Part shown: piece after piece, positions 11,892 through 22,995 of the stretch
How the letters are laid out: each line of letters starts with the position of its first letter
How positions within the stretch are numbered: the first letter of the stretch is position 1
Source: Coniocarpon cinnabarinum
Lineage: Eukaryota
Length of the DNA: 42,438 nt
Direction: 5' to 3'
Assembly: GCA_051942205.1 (NCBI GenBank)
Contig: JAVECO010000189.1
Span: 1-42,438, forward strand
Made by a program: the position numbers and the translations under genes
Notes under the pieces: generated by a model
What the model saw: the letters and a program-made list of their open reading frames with translations, nothing else
Database searches by the model: none
Told to the model about the DNA's origin: nothing

Positions 11892-12332
11892 GCACTGGAG
11901 GTAGAAGGCGGTAGAAGAGATGCTATATATCTGCTAGGCTCCTGGTGCTGCTTGTAAACTAATAGGAAGATAGCTCTCAATTTTTACGAGTTGCAACTAG
12001 ACCCTATAGATACGATGTCTGTGTTGTGCTGCTCGCTGGTTCCCAAAGACGTGAATTTCCATTGGTGAAAGTGCCTGGCGTTTGTAGCTGTTGACAAATG
12101 AGGTAACTACCTCAACCTAGGTAGGCGCGCATCAAGGGTGGGGCACCTAAATAGTTTGTGACTTGCCTAAATTTAACATTCGGCGGCTCATCCAACCTGT
12201 GTCACTTTGCGCTCGTTTCAATAGGAGATCATTCTTCGGCTTCAGAAACATCAACTACCACGATCCATCGCTCGAAACTTTCCGCGTCCGTTGTCTACTT
12301 CCGCACTCGCGTGCTGCTGAAGATCCTGCACA

Positions 12333-13002
12333 ATGTCTTGGCAAGGCATGTATAATCATGAGGACTTCTGTAACATAACACCCGCTAAACTTGCTCGCAG
12401 CCTATGTTGACGAGCGGTCTGTCCAAGTCAGTGTTTACAGCCACCTGTCAGGTCTAACTGGATTGCACGCAGACTCGTCGGTACCCAGCAGCTCGACAAA
12501 GCCGCTATATTCGATGCACAAGGAGCCAGCGTTTGGGCTGCATCTTCTGGTTTTGAAGTGCGTTGACAGTCCGGATTTCCCAAAATATCTTATAATATCG
12601 GTCAACGACGCTCAGAATAATGACCCACAAAGCTTGCGCGCTGACCAGGGTTGAGCAGGTCAAGCCCGAGGAATTGAAAGAGGTCGTGAGCGCATTTAAT
12701 GATTCTGGGGATGAGAACGGTGTCAAACAAGTGCAAAGCACAGGCATTCACGTCGCTGGCGAGAGATTTGTTACATTGAAGGCCGATGAGCGAAGTCTTT
12801 ACGGCAAGAAGGTACGACAGCTACACTACTGGAAGAGAGGAGAATGAGATGTTGATGAGCTTGACAGGGCCGCGAAGGGATCGTCATCGTGAAGACCACA
12901 CAAGCGTTGCTGGTTGCACATTACCCGGAGACGGTTCAGCCGGGAAATGCAGCGAACGTGGTGGAGCAGCTGGCAGACTACCTGATCAAGGTCGGGTACT
13001 AA
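12333..13002 (+). CDS. PFY1: Profilin
   Basis: Exons 12333-12345, 12401-12416, 12473-12557, 12659-12811, 12868-13002: [32 protein letters not shown]...RSLYGKKGREG...[13 protein letters not shown]. The first intron has a GC donor. Confidence 0.95.
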
Positions 13003-13939
13003 GCCAAGGATTTTGACGGAGACGAGCACGCAGGAGCGGAAGCAATGGCGGGAACATGAAGATGCCGCTCACGTCTGGCACAGCTCCCAAGCTTGAAGCA
13101 GGCTTGATGAGCGAGCGAGGGAACTACTGTGCACCCACCCGAACAACCCTCGCAGGTTTTCCTTGACAAGGTCTGGCGGCCATGGCCTCTTGGGATGAGA
13201 TGTGACTGGCCAAGGGTGCTTGTACCCTGTCCGACGGCATTGCAATGGAGGGTTTAGACAAGTGCCATCTGTATATCAACACATGTCCTTGATGTTTGCA
13301 AGTACAACAGCTGCCTCGGGTGAAGCAGCCCGTCCCTTGCGCGTGTCTGTCTGGTCTGCAGACCACGTCATCAGCTCGGCTGGACGAGCGGTCGAGTCGT
13401 AGCGGATGCAGAAGAGTAACATATCGAGACACCCTCGTGCCTGTCCATCATTCCGTTCAGTCCGCGGGCAAATCAATCCCCAACGAGCCCGACGGGAGCT
13501 CGTAACGGGCGCCCGGTAAGGCTGTGGAGCCGCCGCCACAGGCTGGATCTGGTCAGGCGTGGGGGCTGAGACCGAGTCAGCAGCCCGATGAGCTCAGCCC
13601 CCGACGGCCCCCAAGCCACAACCTAGCCACAAGCGGTGAGAGCTGCGAGGAGCGTGGGCGCCACAGGGTGTAAGACGACGCGTGTGTTTCCAAATTCCCG
13701 GCCGTGGTCTGTAGTCTGGTCTCTACGAGAGATTGAGGACTTGCACTTGCATTTGCACTTCCACTTCACTGCCACGCCGACCCACCCATCATCCCCATCA
13801 CCCCTTGACCTGCGCTGTTTCATTGCCTTCTCGTCCATCACACATACGCATGCTTCTTCAGTCGTCTGTGTGCAGGCCGCACATCGCTGTGACATGCACC
13901 CGCTGAGACGCTCGGCACGCGAGAGAGCAAGACGCCTAT

Positions 13940-15607
13940 ATGCTTTCCCTCAATGAATATTCCAAAAATGACAACCAGCTCGGCGTCCTGCACATCCAAA
14001 AGGGTGCCCAGCGCCCGTCGGGATCAACGATCGCCCTGTCCATCGCACCATTTGTCCTCTCATTCGCCATCGTCTACACTATCGCATGGAAGACCCTCTT
14101 TCCGCTCCTCTCCGGTCACTTGAGCGGTGTCTCGTTGGACCCCATAGTATGGCTGCGAAACCCCCGATTCTGGATCTCGCGAATCCCTCACATCCTTGCT
14201 ACGGCAGCGAGGGCCTCCGTCGAATTTGCACCGGCGGGCGCATTCTCCACCACCATCGCCCTCACTGCGGTCTTGGCTGAACTCCTTCTCTGCGAAATCC
14301 TCAACATTCTTAACCCATACGCGCGCTCAATCGCCCTGCAGGCGACCATTTCTGCTCTCCTTGTCTGTCTCATCATTGTCGTCCCAACGCTCGAAATCCA
14401 CAGCATCACCTCGGCTGCTAACTGGAAAGCAAGTGGTCTGCAGAGGAATGCTCGAGCTTTCGCGTGGCTACTCGACGTGACGGGTCTCGTGATCTGGCTG
14501 ACGCTGTTTTGGTGGATGGGCCGCGCTGTTCTGGGGACCCATGCGTTCGACAAGAGCGCCAAGCGGCACTGGAAGCAGCAAGACTTCTCCAAAGGTAGCC
14601 TCGAACGGATCGGAATCATTGGAATTTCGTCGATGGCGTCGCTTGCCGGATTCGCTGCTGTATCCACGCTGTGGCATACCTTCGGCCTGCGGACTCGGCC
14701 CATTGGTGAATCAGACATCGCTCGCAAGCGAGCGGGACTGGAAGCGACGACAGATCTGCTCCTGGCCAAGGAGTCACGATTGCGTGCGCTTGAGCACAAA
14801 TTGAACGAATGTCGATCACCAACGTCGGGGAATTTCGCCAGTCGCATGTTCAACTCAGTCTACGGCGGTAGCGACACTAGTGAGATGGCTTCACTCCGCA
14901 TGGAAATCGAAGGGTTGGAGACGATGCAACAATCTCTGTCAACGTCTTTACGGCTTCTGCAATCTCAACGCGACGCACAGCAGCAGGCTGGTACGACCGC
15001 GGGACGTGTATTCCTAGTTCTCTCCTACCTTTTCAGCATTTACTGTCTCTATCGTATAGCTGCTAGCTCGCTTGCGACCGTTCGCCGCTGGTTTGGACCT
15101 GCGAAAAAACCTGCATTCTCCTCCTCGGACCCCATCAACAACCTCTTGTCGATCGTGGCCAAGCATTGGGATCCAAGTATCGACCGGGCAACATGGTCAA
15201 GGATTATCAGTTTCCTGTTATCCGGCCTGATGTTGCTCGTCTCATTCAACGCCGTGTTGCAGACCTTCCTCCTCCTCTCACGGTTTACTCCTCAACGACT
15301 ACTCCACAGTGCTCAGCAGAATCTCGCGTTACTGGTCGCGCAGATTACCGGCACCTATGTCGTCTCCTCGGCGCTGCTCCTCCGCTCCAACTTACCACTG
15401 GAAATTGGAAGCGTTATCGAAAGCGCCCTTGGCGCCCCGCTAGACTCGAAATTTATAGATCAATGGTTTGAAGGGTGGTTTCTCGGCGCGTGTATCGTCA
15501 CTGCAGCCGGCATCGTGATCGGGCGTAAGGTCATGGGCAAGGGCGACTGGGAAGACGAATTAGATCCCACCAATGACCCTGATGTAGAACTAGGCAAGCA
15601 AAGTTGA
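13940..15607 (+). CDS. GPR89/Golgi pH regulator (GPHR) family membrane protein
   Basis: 555-aa multi-TM ORF with LAELLLCEI, LERIGIIGISSMASLAGFAAVS, a coiled-coil loop, LFSIYCLYRI, SDPINN and AQITGTYVVSSALLLRSNLP. Confidence 0.85.
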   Translation: MLSLNEYSKNDNQLGVLHIQKGAQRPSGSTIALSIAPFVLSFAIVYTIAWKTLFPLLSGHLSGVSLDPIVWLRNPRFWISRIPHILATAARASVEFAPAGAFSTTIALTAVLAELLLCEILNILNPYARSIALQATISALLVCLIIVVPTLEIHSITSAANWKASGLQRNARAFAWLLDVTGLVIWLTLFWWMGRAVLGTHAFDKSAKRHWKQQDFSKGSLERIGIIGISSMASLAGFAAVSTLWHTFGLRTRPIGESDIARKRAGLEATTDLLLAKESRLRALEHKLNECRSPTSGNFASRMFNSVYGGSDTSEMASLRMEIEGLETMQQSLSTSLRLLQSQRDAQQQAGTTAGRVFLVLSYLFSIYCLYRIAASSLATVRRWFGPAKKPAFSSSDPINNLLSIVAKHWDPSIDRATWSRIISFLLSGLMLLVSFNAVLQTFLLLSRFTPQRLLHSAQQNLALLVAQITGTYVVSSALLLRSNLPLEIGSVIESALGAPLDSKFIDQWFEGWFLGACIVTAAGIVIGRKVMGKGDWEDELDPTNDPDVELGKQS

Positions 15608-15770
15608 GCGGCTCTGCTCACGAATGTAGGAATGTCATGCGAATTCTGGTGAACACGAGACCAAACAGAAACGCCCGTCGAGACGTGGCCGCTTTTGTAA
15701 GTAGATCGTGGCGTAAATTGTTTATTGGGTATCTCGCAATTATCGTCTATGTTGGTCTGTGCCCGTCATG

Positions 15771-16964
15771 CTACACCCAAGCCCTGAATCCTGGCAGCTG
15801 CTGATACACCCGGTCATATACTCTGCCCACCCAGCCACCAGTGCGTCCATCAAGCCCAGCTCGTCCCACGACGCCCAAACCACCTGCCATCCAAAGTCCC
15901 ACTACTCCAGCGCTTACGCCCCACACGGCCCACCATCTAGTCTTCCGCTCCAATGTCTCCTCCGAAGGCTCACCTTGTGCCCTCTCTGTGGGTGCGACTC
16001 CCAGCCACTTCGACCATCCCCACACGATATGACTCCCGACTACAGCCACGAGCACTCCATATGCCAGCAGATGAATCTTCGGCGCAATGGCAAACCCGTG
16101 ACTCACATAGTCCAGCCCTATGCTGCTGCTGCTGCCCTCCACCACGAGCGGTAAGCCTCTTGTGACAAAACTGTGTGTAAAGACGAGCGGGATCGCCGCG
16201 TATCCCGCGACGCTCTGCCAACTCAGCCGCGGCCAGGGTGCTTTCCGCCACCGCGCTTGATCTTTTTTCGAATATGCGGGTAGCACTGGTCCATACCCTC
16301 CGTAATTTTTCAGCAAGACATGGCGCCTGAAGGCGCGCAGTGCGATGCCGGATGCAATATGTGTGAGGAGGGGTATGCCGACGACGAGGGGTTCGAGAAG
16401 CGCGGACTGGTAGTACGGCCGTGTGAGGAGGAGGTACTGGCTCGCTGCCTGCGTGGCGATGGTGTTGGAACACGTAGAGAGGCGTTCGGCGAGTGGGATG
16501 AGTGCGGTGTTGGTAATGTGGAAGGCGGCGAAGACGGAGAAGGCGTAGGATGAGTACTTCTGGAGTGTCTGGAGGAGCTGCGCGGGCGAGCGGCGGGGAA
16601 AACCGAGGAAGCTGGAGGAAGGTTGCTGTTGTTGCGAGGGAGTGTCTGTGCTGGGATCCGAGCGTTCGTGGATAGGCGTGGAAGTGTCAGTGGGGGAAGG
16701 TGCCAGGACGTTTAGACCTGAAGGTGTATGGAGAGAGTCTTCGGCGGACATGCTGCTGGCCGATGGACCGGCGTTGACTCGGTCGAGCGCGCAATCACGA
16801 GAACGCGAAAAGGTGGAATAGGTGGACTTGGACCGCGTCGATGAGTTCAAAAGAGGTACTCGGGGAGAGAGTTCGGCGTTGTCTTCGTCTTTGGAGATGG
16901 TGCTACGGGCGGTAGTGAAGGATGCTACAGACGTGGCGTTGGTATCTACACGGTGGAGAGACAT
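15771..16964 (-). CDS. MCP1-like (DUF1691) mitochondrial outer-membrane adapter protein
   Basis: Disordered N-terminus, then LQKYSSYAFSVFAAFHITNT, RPYYQ..LEPLVV..HIASG, GY...H, and IGLDYVSHGF..H..WG. Confidence 0.75.
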   Translation of the reverse strand: MSLHRVDTNATSVASFTTARSTISKDEDNAELSPRVPLLNSSTRSKSTYSTFSRSRDCALDRVNAGPSASSMSAEDSLHTPSGLNVLAPSPTDTSTPIHERSDPSTDTPSQQQQPSSSFLGFPRRSPAQLLQTLQKYSSYAFSVFAAFHITNTALIPLAERLSTCSNTIATQAASQYLLLTRPYYQSALLEPLVVGIPLLTHIASGIALRAFRRHVLLKNYGGYGPVLPAYSKKDQARWRKAPWPRLSWQSVAGYAAIPLVFTHSFVTRGLPLVVEGSSSSIGLDYVSHGFAIAPKIHLLAYGVLVAVVGSHIVWGWSKWLGVAPTERAQGEPSEETLERKTRWWAVWGVSAGVVGLWMAGGLGVVGRAGLDGRTGGWVGRVYDRVYQQLPGFRAWV

Positions 16965-17401
16965 TTTAGCGGCTGATCGTGATCGATTGAGGACGCCATC
17001 ATCGATCCGCTGAGTCGTTCAAACTTCTCGGCCATCGAGCGCTTTGTTCATTCGAGCTTTTGGATGAAAGCAACGTGCAGACCATACGCTGAACTAACTT
17101 GGTTTAGTTCCATCTCAATTCCGGAACTGAATTTGGAAACGCGCGGAGCCCTGATCCAGACAGGAATTCTCCAGCCACGGAGTACAGTTGCATACAATTC
17201 AAAAGTCGCTTGCGACATGTAGTCGTGCCAAGTCGCTCTTTCAAGGATGTTTTGATACAATGTCCGGACGAGTATTGAGGCCACCTTTGAAACGCCTCAC
17301 ATTTAACAAGCCATGAGCATCATCTAACCAGACCGACCGCTCACCACCAACGCCCTCATCAAGGGTTAGAGACCGAGCATATGGCCAACATCAGAAAGAC
17401 C

Positions 17402-18526
17402 CTATCTTTCCCTACCATCGTCTTCCGCAAGGAAGGCTTGCCAGCAAATCTCGAGCATTTCTGTCAGTGGGATCTCGACACCGTTCGAAATAGCACTAGC
17501 CACTAGGCCTGGGTCAGGCTTTCTCAAGGGATCTTGAGCATTTGTCCCTTCCTGACGCTGATGACTCTGTTCAGGGCTGCGAGGTATCAATGGCTTGGGC
17601 TTCAGCATGCCCGATGGCACAATCTGAAACCAGCTGAAGCGGGCTTCTATTTGTAAGAGCTCTAGAGCTCTATGAAGATTATGGTCGTCGAGAGTCGTAT
17701 ACTTTTTCTTCTCGCCGTCCCAAATCACGATGATGTCATATCCAAAATCCGCTGCATTGCTATGAGGGATCCGGTCGAAGAAGCCTGTAATGGAGACTTC
17801 AATGCGTTGTCGTAGAGCTTTCATCTAAGTGGCAGCGTCAGTGCTCTTTGCGCCCCTCTTTCAGTCAATGAGTTGTCACCTTGGACGTACGTCCGCGATG
17901 TTGCCTGGTCCAGCGCGCACGAGGTGCCATTGACAACCAAGCATGAGCAGCTTTTCTTCTTTCGCTGCGGAAACCCTTCATGAAGATGTATTAGCTGATC
18001 CTGTTTGCGAGAGATGGAAGCTCATTCGGTGCCCTACCATGGATCCTTGCCATGATAAGTAGTAACTGAATTTTTCGTTAGATCACACGTTGAATATTGA
18101 CGAATGTTGATGCTTACGCAGTTCTGCCCTTGTGTAGGTCGGGCCCTGATCTTTGCGGCAGTCGTATATCTTCCCTGGCGAGGCTCGTGTGGGTGGTGAT
18201 AAAGGTGGCACACATCGATCGGAAGTGTCAAAGTGGTGTTTAGAAAGACCGAGACTCTGGTCGTCTTCAAACAATGGAGTAGCTGGCGTCGATGCGGGCC
18301 ATTTTTTAAACCCGATCTCGGGCGTTAAGGAGTTAGAGTTTTCGAGGTTGTTCTTGTTTGGTGAGTCGACTCTGGCAATGCTTGACACTGGGGTAGAGAT
18401 CGAAGGACTTGGCGTGTAACAAACGTCGGGCGGTCGATACCTGTCGCTTGAGAGCTGGTACGGGACAGCGACTTCTACCACAGTGGTTCTAATGCTGTCT
18501 GGAGAAGTACTTGGAGTGACAGCCAT
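17402..18526 (-). CDS. Hypothetical multi-exon protein (orphan); 3' end uncertain
   Basis: Introns 18066-18117, 17976-18037 and 17825-17890 all have GT donor, branch site and AG acceptor, and join ORF 18526 in frame through 28-nt and 85-nt exons to ORF 17824. A GTAGGG donor near 17413 may extend the gene toward 17048-17284. Confidence 0.65.
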
Positions 18527-19059
18527 ATTGCATGAATTCGGTACGCGAGGTTGTCAATGCACGCGTGTGGCCTAATCGCAAGACAGCCGTAGATGTCCAG
18601 TATGAACATTTCAAACGGATATGTACGTGAATTGTGTCAATTTCCGCTCGGAGAGCTTTGTGACTAGAAGCTATCAAAGGTGCCAGAACTGAGGTGATAG
18701 GTAGCCATCGCCTATGAGATAGAATTGCTCTACAACCGGAAGTGGTGTACGGCATCTTGAAAGAGTACTGACTCAAGGAATGATCAAGTATTGCACGTCA
18801 TGTAGGAATTCGACTACTGGTCTACATTCCGACCTGTGATGAAGAACCAGGGCCTACGTACGCATCCCCGGGCCAAGAATCAGAACAGAGGTGAGATCAA
18901 AGCTAGCCATCAACGAGCTGGTGCTTGAGATAAACATACATGGCTGAGAACTTTGCATGCCTTGTAATGAGTGTCATTGCATTTGGAAGCCAGCTCTCCT
19001 TGTGCCGCTTGAGAACGATCTAGAACGATGAATGGCCGATTTGCGCCTCTCCTTTTCGC

Positions 19060-20784
19060 TCAACGAAATGAGAGATAGTCTTTTGAAGCCGCTCGTTGGC
19101 ATTCAGCGAGTATTCTAGCCTGATTTGCTACTTCGCTCATGCGCGAGATGACCTGTCGATTGCCCTGCTCGAAGCCGTACAAAGCGTATGGAATTCCTGT
19201 GTCTTCGCAAAACTGCATCACCAGCTTTTGACACCGTCGAAGATTGTGCCGGGGTATCCTAGGGTACAGGTGATGCACAGCCTGGAATTGCAGTCCTCCA
19301 TGTAAGAAATCAAGCCACGCCGGGCAGTCCACATCCATAGTTGTACGAAGCATTTTTTGAGGGAATGACTCCGCTTGTCCGAGATCAGACGTGGACATGG
19401 CGAAGTGTGACAGTGTAATTTGGACGTGGAGTGGCATGGTCACAGCATGCGAGACCAGGACAAAGACAATGCGATGGTGATTGGTCGGCAGCAAGTGATA
19501 CAAGATACCATACCCGAACCATGTCCAAAAGAAGACCTGGCCGGCAAGCTCCAGCCAGCGGTGCCACGCGGCAACCCCTTTGCGTGGGCCCAATCCCCGA
19601 AGTAAATACTCCCAGGAGAGGAAATACAGATTGAAACGGCCGAAGCACAAGATCGGATAGTACAAGTAGTGTTGATATCTGAGTGTGAACTTGGCAAAGC
19701 TATCGTAAGTCATGATGCGGTCGTAGAAGGTCGATTTCAGGTCATCCAGGAATCGATGAGATATTGCAAAGAATGGCATGTGCTCGATGTCTGGATCATG
19801 CTCGGGAGAATTGGTGACAATATGGTGGACGTTGTGATTGCGTTTCCACCAGCCCAACGATAAGCCGCCCAAGAAATCCGCGATGATAATTCCGATTACC
19901 GTATCAACTTGGAAACAATGCGTAATGCCCATGTGGCCAGCATCGTGCGCGGTAAACACCAACTGATGCCAGAATGCTCCCAAGAGAACAGCCGATGTGG
20001 TGTACCATTCATGATTCAGACAGAAGAGCATTGCCAGAAAAAGAAGCACATATCGAACGCATTCGATGGCGTACGCCATATAGTTGCACTCATACAATCC
20101 TTCGTCTTTGATTTGTCGGTTGAGTAAACGGTACTTGGAGACAATTTCGCCTTGCACCACGGGACTCAATGATGGGTACCTAGCGAGATCATCTGTAAGC
20201 TCCTGTCGCGTGCGCTGCTTTTGTGGATCTTTGAGAGCTGTTGGATCATCCACATTGTTGTCTGTGTCGTCCAGTGAGGAATGCGATGATTCCGAAGTCG
20301 AATCATTAGACCTTTTAAGCCGAAGATGCAGTCCTGGAAAACCACGCTCAGTGGGCACATCAAAGACTGGTGAAGGGCTTTCCGAGACCTCTGAATCAGA
20401 CATTGTACCTTCGTGCTCTTCTTCCAATTCCCTAACGTCACAAACTTCAGGTTGATGGAACATTCCGCCTTGTATTGGAGGTGTGAAATTATCCCAAACA
20501 CCTTCTATCCGGCCAATCTGGAAGGCCTTCATACGACCTACTGCTTCTTCAGAGTGTAACGCTGTGACCTCGTCCGTGGCATCCCTCCCCACTTGATGCA
20601 TGATGGCTTTCTCTCCGCCTGGATGAAAAGGAAGCCATGAGTCCACTTGGAGTACGCGCTGTTCTACAATGATTATGGTACGGTTCTGAGCAATTAAGCC
20701 CGCGATTTCGTGTCTCGTGAAGACGCGCTCCTCTCGAGCATTCGCACGCGCCTTGCGGTTATGTATTTGACTCGATACTTCCAT
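19060..20784 (-). CDS. SLD1: Cytochrome b5-fused delta-8 sphingolipid desaturase
   Basis: HPGG b5 motif; His boxes HDAGH, HNVHH and QAVHH; also TNSPEHDPDI, QITLSHF and LRTTMDVDCP. Intronless, 574 aa. Confidence 0.92.
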   Translation of the reverse strand: MEVSSQIHNRKARANAREERVFTRHEIAGLIAQNRTIIIVEQRVLQVDSWLPFHPGGEKAIMHQVGRDATDEVTALHSEEAVGRMKAFQIGRIEGVWDNFTPPIQGGMFHQPEVCDVRELEEEHEGTMSDSEVSESPSPVFDVPTERGFPGLHLRLKRSNDSTSESSHSSLDDTDNNVDDPTALKDPQKQRTRQELTDDLARYPSLSPVVQGEIVSKYRLLNRQIKDEGLYECNYMAYAIECVRYVLLFLAMLFCLNHEWYTTSAVLLGAFWHQLVFTAHDAGHMGITHCFQVDTVIGIIIADFLGGLSLGWWKRNHNVHHIVTNSPEHDPDIEHMPFFAISHRFLDDLKSTFYDRIMTYDSFAKFTLRYQHYLYYPILCFGRFNLYFLSWEYLLRGLGPRKGVAAWHRWLELAGQVFFWTWFGYGILYHLLPTNHHRIVFVLVSHAVTMPLHVQITLSHFAMSTSDLGQAESFPQKMLRTTMDVDCPAWLDFLHGGLQFQAVHHLYPRIPRHNLRRCQKLVMQFCEDTGIPYALYGFEQGNRQVISRMSEVANQARILAECQRAASKDYLSFR

Positions 20785-21167
20785 GGCAGAAGGCCAACTC
20801 TCAGCAGCTCCACAAACACCGCAAGGCAGTTAGCCAGTGCGATTCTCATGTACGGGTGCTTAGCAGGGTTTTTTACAAAGATTCCCACGTGACCTGCCAA
20901 TGGCGCACAAGCTATTATAGCGGAAACATGTATCTCCGAGCCCGACAATCTGCACCGCAACAGGCAACATCATACATTGCTCGTGCCTCTTCTAGGTTAT
21001 TTGCTGTCGTGACGCTGGTGAAGCGTCGAACCGTTTCATCTCTGCGACTCGACTTAATGCTGTCCGTGTGTACACTAAGCTGTTCGGCGCCTGGCATTGC
21101 CTCACTCCTCGTAGCAGTCACACTGGCTTCTCTGAGCCTCATTCAGCGGCTCTACCCAGCCACTCAC

Positions 21168-22123
21168 CTAGGTGTAGACGATCCCACCTTCGAAACACTT
21201 TAGCTACAAGTCACATGAATGTCTGTAGATCCTGACTTACCGTCAATGACAACGTTTTGTCCCGTCATATAGTCGCTATCGGGGCTTGCAAGAAAGTGTA
21301 CTGTGTTACTGACATCTCCGGGAACACTGGTCCGTCCAAGCGCGATCAAATCATTGCTGAACTTCTTGATGGTTTCGCCCTTCTTTGCCCCCTTTAGGTT
21401 GCCGATGCCGTCGTCGATCAAGTCCCACATTTTCGTGCCGACAATACCAGGCGCATAGGCATTTACAGTTATCCCGTGCGGAGCCATCTCCATCGCCATG
21501 GCTTGTGTCAGGCCCCGAACGGCCCACTTGCTGGCACTATAATGACTCAAAAGTGGGAAAGGCTTGAATCCAACGATGGAACTTGCTCCAATTATCTTGT
21601 ACACACCAGCACTGGGCACTGGCACACCAGACTTGCCGTGCTCTGTTGGCGGATGCTCCGCCGGCCGACCTTGTTCAATCATCTGCTTGGCAGCCTCGAC
21701 GTAGCAATTATTTAACCCAAATACGTTAACAGAGAACATCCGTTCCCAGTCCGCCTCCGAAAGTTGAAGAAGAGGCTTCACCTGTGCAATGCCCGCATTC
21801 GCAACCATCGTGTTCAGTGGTCCCAATTTCTGCACTGATTCTTGGATCAGACCTCTGACCTCTGACCGTTTAGAAACGTCGGCAATTCCCGATATGGCCG
21901 TACCGCCCGCAGATTTAATGCTACCGACAGTCTCGAGGCAAGAGCAATCAGCAATGTTTTGTTAGCTCTATTGCAGGGGGATTAAGTACACTACCTCATG
22001 CACTGCGTTTCGATTCGCCTCAAGATCGTTCACGCAGACCTTGTAGCCATCTCGTGCGAGGCGCAGAGCGATTGCACGCCCGATGCCGTTTGCTGCGCCT
22101 GTTATGACCGCTGTTGGGGCCAT
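21168..22123 (-). CDS. Short-chain dehydrogenase, acetoin/diacetyl (2,3-butanediol) reductase-like
   Basis: Exons 22123-21995, 21931-21241, 21187-21168. MAPTAVITGAANGIGRAIALRLARDG, VANAGIAQVKP, YSASKWAVRGLTQ, NAYAPGIVGT, TGQNVVIDGGIVYT*. Confidence 0.9.
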
Positions 22124-22430
22124 AGAGCAGCGTAGCGCACAAATTTTTATCTGGAAGGAGCATCAAGTCTTTTGAAACACCGTGCTCAGCAGTCTCAAGT
22201 GAGTCCACGAAAAAGCGAGTTTGCTGGTGCTCGAACGCATCTGCTCCGCACCTCGGGTAAAGTCGGATCGAGCTTTAAGAAACTAAACTTATCAGACCGC
22301 AGCCCACCACAGGAACCAGGTATTACCCTGCAGAATAGTATGAAAGTAGTCCAAACGTGTCCCGTGAGATAAATAGTCCTTTCAGACCCAACGTGATCCT
22401 TCCATCTTCCTTCGAACTAACCAAACTTTC

Positions 22431-22995
22431 CTACAGACAACGATGTTGTTTTGGGGCACACGGTTGCGTTGCTGTGCGCCAACTCGAGCGCACATCCAGC
22501 GTGCAATGCCCAATGGCTACCAAGTAGTAAAGGGTCATTTCGATCAGCATTAGGTCTGACGCTTCATCGAGCGCATCGTCAGTCGTCACGGAACCGAAGC
22601 AAAAGGCGGTCGACCTGTTGGGGTAATTGATTAGTAACACCTCCATTTCTTAGAAAGGTGTCGCAGATGCTATTTCATGATCATTGTGGCTGCCAGACTA
22701 AGCTCAATAGACTTAGGTGCTCCAGGGATAGTCTTACATGACGTCCACCAGGCTTGTGAGGTCTAGCTGCGGGTAGTCAAATTGAAGCATCGTCAAGCTT
22801 TCAATGGCGCAGCAAACACGACAGGAATGACAGAGTGGGCGCGCAAAAGTGGGCCGCACGTCACAGCTAGTCAGCCAAACATGTTTTGTAGAAATACCTA
22901 GCGTGCTTGGTACTTGAATGTGTTCACTTAAACAGGGAAGGAAGTCCGGTTTGTACTGCATTGGTGCTGCAACGTCTATGCGTTGTTGAGCCCGT
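22431..22995 (-). CDS. Possible spliced orphan gene or gene remnant
   Basis: Intron 22615-22737 (GTAAGA..TACTAAT..CAG) fuses ORFs 22734-22961 and 22431-22646 in frame. The 5' end could not be resolved. Confidence 0.3.

Noticed and set aside
13741..13772. TTGCAC-type hexamer repeat
   Set aside because: Ordinary short degenerate microsatellite in a pyrimidine-rich promoter/UTR.
13003..13939. Known ncRNA (SRP, RNase P/MRP, telomerase RNA, snRNA, tRNA)
   Set aside because: None of the conserved hallmark sequences were recognised by eye.
14188..14853. 221-aa antisense ORF (also 28344-29045 and similar)
   Set aside because: Shadow frames opposite well-supported genes.
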